Source: Eledone cirrhosa (taxonomy: Eukaryota). Taken from it: 64,000 nt of DNA. Where the stretch lies: the NCBI GenBank assembly GCA_964016885.1, contig OZ024742.1, forward strand, positions 213,590,001 through 213,654,000, in the 5' to 3' direction. The notes beneath the pieces were generated by a model, which searched no databases, was not told the DNA's origin, and saw only the letters and a program-made list of their open reading frames with translations. Positions 1 to 17,673 of this stretch are shown here, piece by piece (positions within the stretch are counted from its first letter, which is position 1; each line of letters opens with the position of its first letter). Position numbers and translations under genes: made by a program.

Positions 1-1310
1 TTATTTCTTTTTTTACTTCAAGCATTTATACTTTGATCATTTGATTACTTTCTGTTTGAATAACATCTGTTTTCTTCATGTATAAGCTGTAGTTTTTTTG
101 TATCCACCTTTCAGTTATATATTCCCATTCATATTTGACATTACCATCTTTGTCTTTGATAATATCATTTCTTTGTTGAATCTTGTTAACTTCATTGCTT
201 CGAAAAGATATTTAATAGTGTTTATTATTATCATATTTGATGTTTCCCAGCTTGTCTTTTTTCATCAAGTTTGAATTTCTTGGCTTAGCTGTTGATATCA
301 TTCTTTAGATTCGAATGATGCCATGCTGGTTTTTGCAAATCATTTTTCAGTTTTATTCAATGAGTGGTCTGTTATCCACTTCAATGTTTTTTTTTTCTTT
401 TTGTTTCCTTTGGTAATATTTTCTATGCTACTTCCAAAATCACATATTTAGCTTAATGCCAGTTTCTTTTAGGTTTTTATTTTAGTAGCGTTTTTTCATA
501 TCACCAAAATTGTTCAAAACTTTTTAAAACTTCAACATTATTTTCATTTAGAAAGTTTTCAAGACAATACCATCTTGGTGTAGTAATCTTTTTATTGCTA
601 TTAAGATGCAATTTAATAATTGAAACAATAAGCTGCTGGCAGACTTGGATATGTTCTAACATTCTCTTTTTATTTTTCCATTGCTGTTGAACATTTAAAT
701 GAGTGAAATTGGTTACAAATCTTGTGATCAGGATAAATCAAAGTGCAATATTGTCTATGATGTCGGTTAAACCATGCATTAAAAACTCAGAGTTTGTTTG
801 ATTCAAAAATTCAATTAAACTGTCTCCTTGATAATTCCGTATGCCTAAACTGAAATTACCCACAGCTGCTGATTTTGTTGTTAATTTTCCTACCTTAACA
901 TTTGCATCTCGGATCAAAAGTAAAGCATCTTTAGAGGGTGATTGATCGATTTCTTCTTGAAGTGCATCATAGAATCGATCTAATTCATCTTAATGCGCGA
1001 CTGTTGTTGGAACATAAAACCGTTTGACAGTAACGATAAACGGTTTACCTGTAAATCTGATCTTTATAATTCGATCATTAACTTGTTTTTATCCAAACAA
1101 GGGCTTAGTGGCAGTTATATTCAACACTAACCTTATAGCTATAACACTTCTCACTTTCTGGGAAGATTAACATTATATCATTGTCTGTTGTAAAATAGCC
1201 ATTTACAGTCTATTTAATTACTGAAAGTTATTCTGTGTTCATTTCATTGCATACTAGTTGTAGTTTTTCAACTTGACATAAACATTTTTCATTCAATGTG
1301 CCAATTTTCA
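1..1310 (-). mobile_element. Highly decayed non-LTR retrotransposon fragment (APE endonuclease region, probably RTE-like)
   Basis: Minus-strand remnants resembling APE motifs (MKIGTLN near 1310, NAKV near 900, PDHKI near 730); many stops and frameshifts. Confidence 0.45.
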
Positions 1311-1826
1311 TGTTTGACGAACATTAGTACTGAAATCTTAATCGACATCAGCAACAAAATTATCAATGCTTTTTGTTTTTTATGTATTTTATTTTTCTAG
1401 CTTCACTATAAGCAACAACTTCATTCTGTATTTCTCGATTTCTAGTGCATCCACTTTAGTAGTTTAATAGGAGCTGGGGCACAGCCAGTGTTTCTAATCT
1501 TACAATACCGCATGGTATTTTTCAAAGATATTTTATCATTCAAGTTTTCTATAAAACACAACGGTGGTTAGTGCCCGCTGTTATCTTATAAATCTAGGAT
1601 TTATGCTGTTTGACATTTAGAGAATTATTGCTACTGCCCTGTAGTGTTTACACTGTGGTAATTATATTTTCAATTGCCATTCTGTTAGATGACTTGTTAT
1701 ATAAGTCTAATGAGAATACTCTTCACTGAAATGGATTTCGGACATGAATCCCATGCCTAGATATATTTGTCTATTGTTAGTTGGTAATCTTGTGATATTC
1801 CGAGTCTATCCAAATTCTTGAGGGTC

Positions 1827-3480
<1,654 letters not shown>

Positions 3481-3520
3481 CAATACTAACAATACTAAGC
3501 AGAGCGAAAATAAATCCGTA

Positions 3521-4895
3521 AAATAAAACTATAACATCTCTTGGAGAAATGTTTGCAACGCCTTTCCTGACCAGAATTCTTCCCTATCCAGAACATGTAA
3601 TCTCTGCCTAGCCGAGAAATTTACAATTATATCTAATTTTAATTCTATAATAAATAGACGTACGGATTTATTTTCGCTCTGCTTGCATAAATCCCATAGA
3701 ACTTTCCATAAAGTATACAGCTAATATCTCAATACCTAATTAGTTTAAAATCTTCTTTTCTCAAAGGCTTTTATATCTTTTACAAATATACCCATCTTTC
3801 TACCTTATTTCAGTATATTATATTATACAATTTACTCATTCTCTGTCGTTAGAGGTCCCCTATCTTTCTTCTTTTTTATCCTTTTTCCTTTCTTCCTTTT
3901 TCTTTTTTAATTTCTAATCTTTAATCTGTAACTTTTACTTCTCAATTACTTCTTAATTCATATATTATTACTCACTATAGCATTTTCCATTTTTCCATTT
4001 TTCCTTATATTATTGGCCATAGAATCTATATTTTTTTAATATATAATAATATTACCATTAGAAAATTTTGTAAACATATATACTTTTTGACGTTAGATAT
4101 TTGTTCCTCCTTAAATTTTCGTCTTTCTTCTCTACTTCCGTGCTCGTATTAAACCTATTATTTACTTTTACATATTACAATACATAAAAACAAACTTAAA
4201 CCCTAACTGCTTCTTTCAGATTATATCCTTAATATCCTTTTTTTTTTTTTTTTTTTAATAATACATATTAATAAATTCTTTTTTTCGCACATATTATTAA
4301 AACCTTCAATATATAAACCTTAAATAAATACTATTCTTAATTCCTTTTTCTTTAATCATAAACATCACCATTCATAAACCTCATTAACTTTTAATTTCAA
4401 AATCTTATTAAATTATCTATTATCTTCCAGCGGTTTTTTAATTTCTCTCTGTGAGACAATGTTTTTCTCAGTTGTAAAGGCTATTTCTCTCTCTCTATCA
4501 CTCATTTCTCCTCCTCTCTCATCCTTCCTTCTTATACTCCTCCCCCGTCATCCTTTATTTTCTTTCTTCCTCTTCCTTACCTTTTCCTACCCCCCCCCTC
4601 CTTGTTTTTTCCAAATCTCATATATCCATCTTACTTTATTTTCCATATGTTGATTTAACACTTCACTGCTCGCAAGTGTTTTTTAAGCTTCATATCATGT
4701 CTCCCTATTTTATCTGATGAGAACGCAGATATCATCCCATGATGATATTTGTTTTTGAAATGCGCATAATAAAATACTTGGAACTCTTTTAACCATCTTT
4801 TGATCTTATATTATTTATACTCCAGTCCTATAAACTGTGGAGTGCTACTTATCCGATATTTGCATTGCTTTATTGTGCTACAATAAAACTCACCT

Positions 4896-4898
<3 letters not shown>
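3521..4898 (+). mobile_element. AT-rich PLE family A, 5'-truncated copy (GIY-YIG C-terminus plus 3' pseudo-LTR)
   Basis: INYNISWRNVC..SRTCNLCLAEKFTII..INRRTDLFSLCLH..KVYS* matches the end of ORF 7467-8543; ends CTCACCTCCT then (AT)n. Confidence 0.85.
4706..4776 (+). ncRNA. Type I hammerhead ribozyme (PLE family A)
   Basis: TATTTTAT-CTGATGA-[GAACGCAGATATCATC ccat GATGATATTTGTTTTT]-GAAA-TGCGCA-TA^-ATAAAATA; perfect 8-bp stem I, palindromic stem III. Confidence 0.88.
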
Positions 4899-4957
<59 letters not shown>

Positions 4958-4960
<3 letters not shown>

Positions 4961-5376
4961 TTCAGAAGAGGTTGTTTTGGTAAAAACAGGAGTAAACAGG
5001 AGAAAGCTCTCAACAATGGTAGTTTTTAGTTGCGATGGAGATTTGTTTTATAAAATTAACAAAATAAGATGCTGAGGTTCCATAGATCGTTTAATCATTA
5101 TAATTGTTTCTACGGTTCTCCATGCAATCGAGATGTCCTTGCATTTGTTGTTGTTATGAAAGCGGTATCCTCAGATGAATTCCGATATGTTTGATATGCC
5201 GCCGGCAGGAAAAACACACGTGCTATTGCTTGTGTGCCCAGCAGATATGTGAGTTCCTTTAAAGGGTCTCCCAGCCGTCGCGTTTGCTAGAGTCTAGTGC
5301 CATCAACGAAAAAACGAAAAACCTGTGAGTAGCCAAAGCCCAGTCAGTAGACAGTGGAAGCAATAAATGTAGCTCT
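4958..5376 (-). mobile_element. Non-coding PLE-like terminus (family B) ending in (TA)n; inverted partial copy at 6318-6540
   Basis: About 230-bp inverted repeat 5147-5376 vs 6318-6540; contains an HHR motif. Confidence 0.65.
5093..5181 (-). ncRNA. Type I hammerhead ribozyme, extended stem II (family B)
   Basis: Minus strand AATTCAT-CTGAGGA-TAC...GTA-GAAA-CAATTA-TA^-ATGATT. Confidence 0.65.
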
Positions 5377-6067
5377 GAGGGAGGATGGGGTATATATTTT
5401 GTCGACATTCACCTTAAGACAGCAACTACAACAACAGCAGCAACAACAACGACGACGACGACAACAACAACAACGACAATAACAGCAAAACACCGACCAA
5501 AAGTCGTAATATTACTACCCTTCTGACAACAACAACGATAGCAACAGCTACAGTAAATAGTTCCAACATCAACAGCAACAACCACAACAACAGCAAGAAC
5601 ACAGACCAACGTCGTGTACATAGGCCGTAGCAGTCGTAGTAACGGTACCACCTTGCCGACAATAACAACGACAATAACTGCCACAGCAACGGAGCTCTGT
5701 GGTAGGTTGATACACAGATTTTATGGCATCTATCACCAAGACCATAGCAACAGCAACAATAGTAACGGTAACAAACATTAACAACGCCCATCACCTACCC
5801 CGGTCGTCGCAGTAGTGGTGGTATCATTGATATTAGTATCATGTCAAGGCAGTGAGTACCCATTATCCGAAAGCCAGACAGCGGTAACACCAACAACAAT
5901 AATAACAACAACACCAGTGATGAGCCCACCTCGGTGACGGTGGCAACAAAAAAGGCCTCGCTTCCAACCTAAGGTACAAGGCCAGTAGTAAATACATTGC
6001 AGAAAAAACAAACTAACCACAATAGCAGTCAGTTGAAACTAGGAAGCGAAAATAAGGACAGAAATAC

Positions 6068-6131
<64 letters not shown>

Positions 6132-6540
6132 TCATGCACAGTGAATTCAGTCATCTCTATCAATCTAAAGCACAAGGCTAGCAATAATTACAGTGCAGAA
6201 AACCAACTAACCACAATAGCATTCAGCTGTAACTACAATGGCATCAATACTATCAAAGAGGTTGCTAGACTATGGAAGAGAACTACGGGAAGCGAAAGTA
6301 GGGACAGAAACATATAGAGAGCTACATTTATTGCTTCCACTGTCTACTGGGCTTTGGCTACACACTGTTTTCGTTTTTTTCTTGATGGCACTAGACTCTA
6401 GCAAACGCAACGGCTGGGAGACCCTTTAAAGGACCTCATATATCTGCTGGGCACACAAGCAATAGCACGTGTGTTTTTCCTGCCGTCGGCATATCAAACA
6501 TATCGGAATTTTATCTGAGGATACAGCTTTCATTTACAAC

Positions 6541-8813
6541 GGAGAAAAACATATATATTGTCTCACAGAGAGATGTTAAAAATGCGTTGGAAGATAATAG
6601 ATAATTTAAAAGAATTTGAAAGTAAAAGTTAATGAGGTTTATGCATGAAGAGAAAAAGGGATTAAGAATAATATTAAATTAAGGTTTGTATATTGAAGGG
6701 TTTAATAATATGTACGAGGAAAAGAAATTATTAATATGTATTATTAAAATAAAAATATTAATGTTATTAGGGATATAATGAGAAAAGAAGTAAAAGAATG
6801 AATGATTTATGAATTAGAGGAATTGGTTAGTGTTTAAGTTTGTTTTTATGTAATGTAATATGTGTGCGTAATATATGTACGTAAATAGTTTGTTTAAAAA
6901 TGAGCGCAGAAAGCAAAGAAGAAAATAATGTTTAAGAAAGAAAATATCTAACATCAAAAAATATATATGTTTACGAAATATTTTCTAATGGTAATAATAT
7001 AATATATAAAAAGAAATTAGTTAGGGTTTAAGTTTGTTTTTATTGTGTTTATGTATTGTATATGTAAAAGTCAAACGAGCGTGAAAGGAAGAGATAAGGA
7101 ATTTAAGGAAGAAAAATCTAACGTCAAAAAATATGTTTATGTTTACGAAGGACTATTAAAGGTAATACTATAATGTATTTAAAAACAAAAATTTTTTTAT
7201 GGCCAATGATATGAAGAAAGATGGAAGAATGGATAATGTTGTGGTGAGTAATAATAAGAATTGAGAAGTAGTTAGGAAGAAAAAGTACAGATTAGAGGTT
7301 AGAAATTAGAAAGAAAAGTAGATAAAGAGGAATGATATAGAATGAGTAACTTGTATTATATAATATATAATAAATAATATTGAAATAAGGTAGAAAGATG
7401 GGTATATTTTTAAAAGATATATAAGCCTTTGAGAAAAAGGATTTTAAACTAGTAAGGTATTAGATATTAGCTGTATACTTTATGGAATATTCTGTGGAAT
7501 TTATGCAAGCAGAGAGAAAATAAATCAGTGCGTCTATTTATTATAGAATTGAAATTAGATGTAATGGTGAATTTTTCAGATAGGCAAAATGTTCTGGATA
7601 GGGAGGCATTCAAGTAGAGAGGGGCAGAACAAACTTTTCTCCAAGAGATGTTATAGTTAATATTTTTGTCTTTCAAGGACCATATGAGTTCTGAGAGTGC
7701 CGTGTTAGTTCTTTTAAGTTGGTATTTAGTATAAGACGAATTGTGATTATAAAATCTAGCTTTGAAGGAGGTGGAAGTGGAACCGAAATAGGTAAAGGAA
7801 TTGGTATCAGTTATAACCCTACATTCATAGACTAAGTTTTTATCAAGACAATGGTTATTGAGAGAGCATTTAGTTCTAGCAGGGCAATTATAATTGCGAT
7901 TAGAGAAATTAACAGAGTTATTAACAAGTGACCTAGTGTTATTTATAGGAGGAATTGGATTGGAGAAGTTATTTACGATAGGAATAATAGTTTCCTGATT
8001 TAGATTGGTATTATGAACATTCAACGAAGTTACGTTTGACGTCGTATTTGAGTTTGCAGAATCTAGCCTAGAGTTAACAATGACGTCGGGAGTACTACTG
8101 CTATTATTATGACGCTCAGTGTTGGAAGGATGTGATTTAATATTTAATATTTTATTGTTGTGTTTAGAGATAATGTTAGAGATGTTGGAGGAGGTGGAAT
8201 AGGAAAATGTTATTGTATGTTTGTTAAAGATTTTACTATAGATATGTGAGGGAGGGAAACATTTATCTAAGGCCCTAAAGAATAGTTTAGGAATATTATT
8301 ATTAATAGAAATAGAGAAAGGAACATTATACCAGATTATATTTTTGTATTCAGGTCTTTTATTTAAGTTATTGGAATGATAATAATTAATTATTTTAATG
8401 TAAGATCTTCTAGGATTGGTTTCTTTACTGTATTTAATTTTATCAGGATAACCGGCTTTAGAAAGCGCATTATTATAGTAATTGGCGTTAACATCAAAGA
8501 TATATTTTTTTATTAGAGGATAGGTTTGATATTCTTTTTCCAATATTACTGACTATGGCATTTTTAATGTTAGTGGGGTGGTTAAATTTAAAATTAAAAT
8601 AATTTAGATTCTCATTGTTTTATGGTAAGGGTAATATAGGCCAGTGTCAAGATTAAGGGATATATCAAAGAAGTTAGCTAGTTTGACGTTGTTATCAAAT
8701 TCTATTTTAAGGTTATGTTGTTTAAAGAGATCACGTATATTGTTCTTAATAATATTAAAGTTAACTAAATTGCAATTTAAGATAGTAAACAGTCCATCGT
8801 CACCATAAATTCC
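6541..8813 (-). mobile_element. PLE family A copy: RT C-terminus/thumb plus GIY-YIG plus 3' UTR
   Basis: GGIYGDDGL motif near 8790-8815, FFDISLNL, then ORF 7467-8543; 3' UTR homologous to 3725-4470. Confidence 0.88.
7467..8543 (-). pseudogene. PLE ORF remnant with GIY-YIG endonuclease
   Basis: NCPARTKCSLNNHCLDKNLVYECRV..YFGSTSTSFKARFYNHNSSY..TALSELIW..CLSEK..INRRTDLFSLCLH; frameshifted from the upstream RT. Confidence 0.85.
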
Positions 8814-8826
8814 ACCGCGAAGTTGA

Positions 8827-9326
8827 GGAATTTATCGTGACGGTGGACTTTTTACTATCTTAAATTGCAATTTAGTTAACCTTAATATTATTAAGAACAA
8901 TATACGTGATCTCTTTAAGCAACATAACCTTAAAATCGAATTTGATAACAACGTCAAACTAGCTAACTTCTTGGATATATCCCTTAATATTGACACTGGC
9001 CTATATTACCCTTACCATAAACACAATGAGAATCTAAATTATGTTAATTTTAAATCTAACCACCTCACTAACATTAAAAATGCTATGGTCAGCAATATTG
9101 GACAAAGAATATCAAACCTATCCTCTAATAAAAAATATCTTTGATGCTAACGCCGATTACTCTAATAATGCGCTTTCTAAAGCCGGTTATTCTGATAAAA
9201 TTAAATACTGTAAAGAAACCAATCCTAGAAGGTCTTACAGCAAAATAATTAATTATGATCATTCCAATAACTTAAGTAAAAGACCTAAATACAAAAATAT
9301 AATCTGGTATAATGCTCCTTTCTCTA
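8827..9326 (+). mobile_element. Inverted duplicate of PLE family A RT segment
   Basis: Reverse complement of about 8315-8813 with scattered substitutions; ends in (TA)n. Confidence 0.9.
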
Positions 9327-9341
9327 TTTATATATATATAT

Positions 9342-9386
<45 letters not shown>

Positions 9387-9392
9387 CACACA

Positions 9393-10949
<1,557 letters not shown>

Positions 10950-11103
10950 TACATTAGTATATATACACATACACATATATACATTAGTTTTGCGAGGTTT
11001 TTTATATAAAATCGTGTGTCGAAACAAATATTGTTATATTTGTGTAATATTGTTCTGTTATTAATTCTGGCAATATTACACAAATATGACCCTCCCCAAG
11101 TAT

Positions 11104-11168
<65 letters not shown>

Positions 11169-11207
11169 GATATTAATAAATGGAAACTATATTTATAAAA
11201 CCATATT

Positions 11208-11272
11208 TATTTCATTATACATATTTCAAGGACACCAAGTTAAATTATGGTGTGCTTTCATCAGATAAAATA
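11208..11272 (-). ncRNA. Type I hammerhead ribozyme (family C)
   Basis: TATTTTAT-CTGATGA-AAGCACACCA..TGGTGTCCTT-GAAA-TATGTA-TA^-ATGAAATA. Confidence 0.8.
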
Positions 11273-11618
11273 TAATATAGATCAGTTTTATAAATAAATA
11301 TTGACATACCCTTAAAGAATGCAACCATTACTGTTGGAAGCTCCCGGATAGTGGAGTTGTATCTTTAATTATATTATTAGTATTGGATATTTTTAAAATA
11401 GGCCGTTGGGTTACGGAGAAAGAGAAAGATAGAGAAGGAAAGAGAGAGAAAGCACAGAACAACAGAGAGAGAAATATATATAGAGAGAGAGGAGACAGAG
11501 AAAATGAGAGAGAACGAAAAGCTCTAAGCTACAACTCCACTATCCGGGAGCTTCCAACAGTAATGGTTGCATTCTTTAAGGGTATGTCAATATTTATTTA
11601 TAAAACTGATCTATATTA

Positions 11619-11683
11619 TATTTTATCTGATGAAAGCACACCATAATTTAACTTTGTGTCCTTGAAATATGTATAATTAAATA
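11619..11683 (+). ncRNA. Type I hammerhead ribozyme (family C)
   Basis: Same core; stem I' ATTAAATA has one mismatch. Confidence 0.72.
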
Positions 11684-11810
11684 AATATGGTTTTATAAAT
11701 ATAGTTTTCATTTGTTAATATCGTATTTTTACTCCAAATATTTGTTGAGTGCTTTATATCAGTTATAAAAATATTTGCTTGTTGTATCCCAACAATTTAA
11801 ATAGAACTTT

Positions 11811-11936
<126 letters not shown>

Positions 11937-11993
11937 TAAACAAATAATGAATAAAACAATGAAACAGTTCCTTATATTAAACAAAAAAAGTTC

Positions 11994-12140
11994 ATTATTT
12001 AACGATCGTTTCTAGGATATATATGTGTTAGAATTGGCATGCATATTCAACAGATCTATGTACAAAATTATACAAAATTATACAAACTATCAAGATTAAA
12101 TATACATACCAAACACACATATATGCCGTCTTCAGAAATA
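11994..12140 (-). ncRNA. Type I hammerhead ribozyme, mirror copy in left palindrome arm
   Basis: Reverse complement of 12148-12294. Confidence 0.75.
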
Positions 12141-12145
12141 TTATT

Positions 12146-12294
12146 ATTATTTCTGAAGACGGCATATATGTGTGTTTGGTATGTATATTTAATCTTGATA
12201 GTTTGTATAATTTTGTATAATTTTGTACATAGATCTGTTGAATATGCATGCCAATTCTAACACATATATATCCTAGAAACGATCGTTAAATAAT
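12146..12294 (+). ncRNA. Type I hammerhead ribozyme with ~115-nt stem II
   Basis: ATTATTT-CTGAAGA-CGGCATATATGTGT...ACACATATATATCCTA-GAAA-CGATCG-TT^-AAATAAT. Confidence 0.78.
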
Positions 12295-12491
12295 GAACTT
12301 TTTTTGTTTAATATAAGGAACTGTTTCATTGTTTTATTCATTATTTGTTTAATATTTTATCTTGACTCTGTATTCCGTTTATCTTTCACCGAAAGTGATT
12401 TTTCATTACATCTCTTCTTTCCATGATATCCGGAATACATTGAGTTCTTCATACGGATTGGACACTACCGTAAACTCTTGGTAGATTTATC

Positions 12492-12534
<43 letters not shown>

Positions 12535-12575
12535 GAATATGTATATATATATGTATATATATATGTATACATATA

Positions 12576-12678
<103 letters not shown>

Positions 12679-12683
12679 GTATA

Positions 12684-13338
<655 letters not shown>

Positions 13339-13421
13339 GTGCATATATATATATATATATATATGTTGATTTAAAACTGCACTATCCACAAGTGTTTTTT
13401 AACCTTCATATCATGTCTTCC

Positions 13422-13492
13422 TGTTTTATCTGATGAAAACACAAATATTATTGCATGATGATATTTGTTTTTGAAATGCGCATAATAAAATA
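13422..13492 (+). ncRNA. Type I hammerhead ribozyme in solo family A pseudo-LTR fragment (13363-13530)
   Basis: TGTTTTAT-CTGATGA..GAAA-TGCGCA-TA^-ATAAAATA. Confidence 0.82.
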
Positions 13493-13669
13493 CATGGAAC
13501 TCTTTTAACCATCTTTTGTTCTTATATATTATATATGTATATATGTATATATATATATATATTTGTGTGTGTGTGTGTATTATGTACATATGTATATATA
13601 TTTATATGTGTGTGTGTGTCTATGTGTATGTATGTATATATGTATGTTATGTACATATATATATGAATG

Positions 13670-13744
<75 letters not shown>

Positions 13745-14087
13745 CCTAAAATAAACAAAATTTTTTTTTAAATGTTGCTATGCTACAAAGTTTGATGAGC
13801 CGACGAAGGAGCCTCTACATGCTCGCTTCGTTGGCTAGAAATACTCAGAAGAGGATCGTGTCTTCCTTGGTATGAGTCTATTACCATTACCGGGTATCAA
13901 AGGACCATACATAAGATGCATTCTTAAGATATATTCTTAAACAATGAATTAAACATACTGTATATCCCCCCCCCCCCCAACAAAAAAAACAATTAGATCT
14001 CATGGTTTGAATACCTTTGATTATTATAGATAGATTTGATCCGAGTTGACATAGAGTGGCTAAGCGACAACGTGTTGTTGCTGCCTC

Positions 14088-14159
14088 TACTACTACTACT
14101 GCTACTACTACTACTACTACTACTACTATTACTACTACCACCACCACCAACACTACTAA

Positions 14160-14204
<45 letters not shown>

Positions 14205-14231
14205 TACCACCACCAACAACAACACCACTAA

Positions 14232-14299
<68 letters not shown>
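14088..14299. repeat. (ACT)n/(ACC)n trinucleotide microsatellite
   Basis: Direct reading. Confidence 0.95.
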
Positions 14300-15060
14300 T
14301 CTTTGATCATCTTTGGAGAAAATGAAACTGTTCCATTATCACAGAAGCTGATCATTTTAATGAAATATCTACATATGTAGTTTTTACTTGTCTTAACTGT
14401 ATTATTTCCTCCCTTTTATATAGCTCAAATTCAATGTTAGATGGAAGATAGCCTCTATGAAATGTTATCAAGTTCAAACTATCTTTCTAAATTTGATTGA
14501 GTTTTCAAATGGCATAATCTGATATTACTCATAGTTGTTGACTTTTTTACTTAAGTGGAGGTAAACTGTATTGGTTATAGCAGTATTTCTCCTCAATAAT
14601 ATCTGTTACGGAAATGAAGTGGAAATGATTAAGCAAAAATTGAAACATAGTCGCTGACTATCACTACGGAACTTACCACAAGTTTCTGTTTTTAGCTTAA
14701 TCTATTCCCCTTATAGCCTGCCAAGATCAATTTTGTCTTTGATCTTTTGGGAGTCAATAAATAAAGTACCATTCCAGAGCTGTCAATTTCCGAAATCTTA
14801 GCGTATCGGACAAGCTGACATGCGCCGTTTTTTGTGTCGGAGTGCATTCTGAATTCAATTTTCAACACCTGTCACAGAGGTGGTATTGGTGGTGCTGGTG
14901 GTGGTCATGGTGCTGGTGGTGATTATGGTGCTGGTGGTGCTGGTGGTTGTGGGTTCTTCTGACGAGGTAGACATTGTGAGACACTTTGGTAGTCCTTAGC
15001 AAGTGAGCAAGTATTTCAACAAACAAGCTGAGAGAAATCAAGGGTCTTTTAAATCTTGTG

Positions 15061-15126
<66 letters not shown>

Positions 15127-15749
15127 TTTCTCACTCTCTCTCTATTTCTCTCTCTCTCTCTCCCTCTCTCTCTCTCTTTTTCTCTCTGTATATATATATA
15201 TATATATATATATTAAAATAAGAGATTAAAGTTTAAGCACACAAACACACCGGCACATACACACATACACACACACAAAAGAAAAAGAAAAAGGGAGGAA
15301 TAATCGATTCAAATATAAGATATGATATACTGAAAACAATTTGATTGTCTGGAAATAATAAATCCCGCAGAAATATGTAAGAGATCACTACTTGTCAATC
15401 TCTTCTTCCTTGCAGTGATGTGAGAATGTCTCATTGATCTGTACTTTAACTTGTAGAGGAACATCTCTAAACTCATAAAGGAGAGGAAATAGAATGGAAA
15501 TGGAATGAAGACTGTGTCACTACCCCACATAAATAAGTTAATAAATAAACAAATAAAATAAAAAGTAGGAGAAAAATAGGAAACATTTTATTTAATCAAT
15601 ATCTCAATAATAAATCCATATAATCACTCAATTTATTGATAAAAACTTAATATCTTGTATATAAAGTCGGAAAGCTATTGTAATCTAATTGAATATGTGT
15701 TGTGTTTTGGGGGGAACAGAAAAATGATAGGTCATGCAAAACAACCAAC

Positions 15750-16284
15750 TACTCTCGTGTCCCAAATAATGGTTTCTTATATAGGCACAAGGCCAGCAAT
15801 TTTGGGGGAGGGAAAAGTCGATTAAATCGACCGCACTGTGTGACTTTATTTTATCGACCCCGTAAGCACGAAAGGCAAAGTTAACCTCAGCGGAAGTTGA
15901 ACTCAGATCATAAAGGCCCGTAACTCTATGCTACAAAGCATGGTGTCCGACTCTCTATCGATACTGCCAATCCACCGCCCTTTCGGGTCCCAAATAATAA
16001 GGGGGTGAAATAAACGAGGGTGTAGGGAAATTGTATACGGGATTTCTTGTAATGTTCTTTTTTTGTCATATATAATGTTGCCATATATAATGTTTTTTTA
16101 ATGTAAAATAAAATTATTATTAGTTTCTCCAGCTGCTGTATCAATATGAATCACTTGCAATACAATTTCGCTGGAGATAGATTAGCAAAATTTAATAAGC
16201 GTGGGTTGGAATAAAAGCGAGAGGGGAGGGATCTGAAAAATTAATAAGCGGGGTGGGGAGACGATTATTCAAGATTTGAGAGTA
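15750..16284. mobile_element. Probable TA-flanked MITE interrupted by a minus-strand SINE (~15771-15986)
   Basis: Imperfect terminal inverted repeats TACTCTC..AATAAT / ATTATT..GAGAGTA; GTCCCAAATAAT duplicated either side of the SINE as its TSD. Confidence 0.55.
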
Positions 16285-16521
16285 CACAACGAGGCCGTGT
16301 GGAAGACATTACATGGTCACTCAACTTGCTAGAAATAGCAATTGGAAGAATCGTTGGATCGTCGGATAAAATGTGTTGCACTATTTACTTAAGCTCTTTT
16401 ACGATTTGTTTTCGAATTTCTCCGATGTTTACTTTGTCTTCCATCCTCCCTGGATTGATAAGATTAAAATACCAATCAATTCAATGTATATTCCTGTAAT
16501 ACATCTTAAATGTATTTTGAA

Positions 16522-16640
16522 AGCGCGTGGTTTGGTGGTTAGAGAATTAGATTCACAAGCGTGAGATTGCGAGTTCGATTCTAGGACTGGGTGATGCGTT
16601 ATGTCCTTGAGCAAGACACTTTATCTCATGTTGCTCTTTA
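16522..16640 (+). mobile_element. tRNA-derived SINE head
   Basis: A-box-like GTGGTTTGGTGG, B-box GAGTTCGATTC, then GTCCTTGAGCAAGACACTTTAT; inverted relatives at 53165-53360 and 57283-57495. Confidence 0.7.
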
Positions 16641-17091
16641 TGCCAAGAATTATGACCGGTAGATGGTATCGGCAATGGGAACATTGTTCCCTTGGTCTGA
16701 TTTGACGAGTTGAACCTCACTCATTAAACGAATGAGTTCGGATCTTGTCGATCGACATCTAGAATATTTATTACATAATTTAGTTCGACATACACCTAAA
16801 AATATGAGATGGTCATGGCTGGAATCTTTGCAGTTTCAACAGCAATAACAATAGAGCCTCAATAGGATCGCTTTGCATGCTAGACATAACAGACGAATCT
16901 CTCTCGAATCATACACTACATTCTTAAAATAAAAAGAAAACGCACATTAAATAATGTAGTCCAAGATACACTATGTCTAAATAGATTTTAAAAAATGGAT
17001 TGCCTTGATCAGAACGGGGTGCCTCAGGCTATATGCCTTCCTCTATAACGACTGAACTAGTGCTAAACAGCAATAACAACATAAAAATGAA

Positions 17092-17130
<39 letters not shown>

Positions 17131-17384
17131 AAAAAAAAAACAGTCGAAAGTAATCTTTACATCGATGTTTTATCAATGAATTTCTTAATAAAATATGAAA
17201 GAAATAATGTATTGATGGAATGGATTGAGAGAAATAAAGTACATTTCATTGGATTGGCAGGTTTTTGTTGAACAAGTTTATAATTGTGAACTCTGAGAAT
17301 GAAAGATCATTTGTTCGGCATTTGAATACATTTGACCTGTAATCCAGTATAGACACCAATATTGAAAATAATTGTTGATACTGC

Positions 17385-17673
17385 CAGGGCCGGATTTAAT
17401 GGGGGGGGGGCAAAAGGGGCAGTTGCTTCAGGCCCCCTGCTGTGGGGGTGTCCACCAGTGACGGTCGTAGCAATTCATGTGCCCTCAGCTGGCTTTTTAG
17501 TTTTAGGATGATTAGAATTTTTTTATTTAATAGCTTTTCAATTCCAATTAATCACGCCAAGCTAACTTTGATATGTAAAATTGGGGTGATTGCTGTGTAT
17601 TCTAATTGTTTGTGCCTGAATCCCCCCCTAACCTGAAATTCCCCGGGCCCTCCAAGGTCTTAATTCAACCCTG
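17385..17673. mobile_element. hAT-type MITE
   Basis: Ends CAGGGCCGGATTTA / TAATTCAACCCTG; imperfect 8-bp TSD GATACTGC / GATCCTGT. Confidence 0.6.

Noticed and set aside
14870-14965. Gly-rich or His/Gln-rich mini-exon candidate
   Set aside because: Degenerate (GGT/GCT)n repeat with no convincing splice context or partner exons
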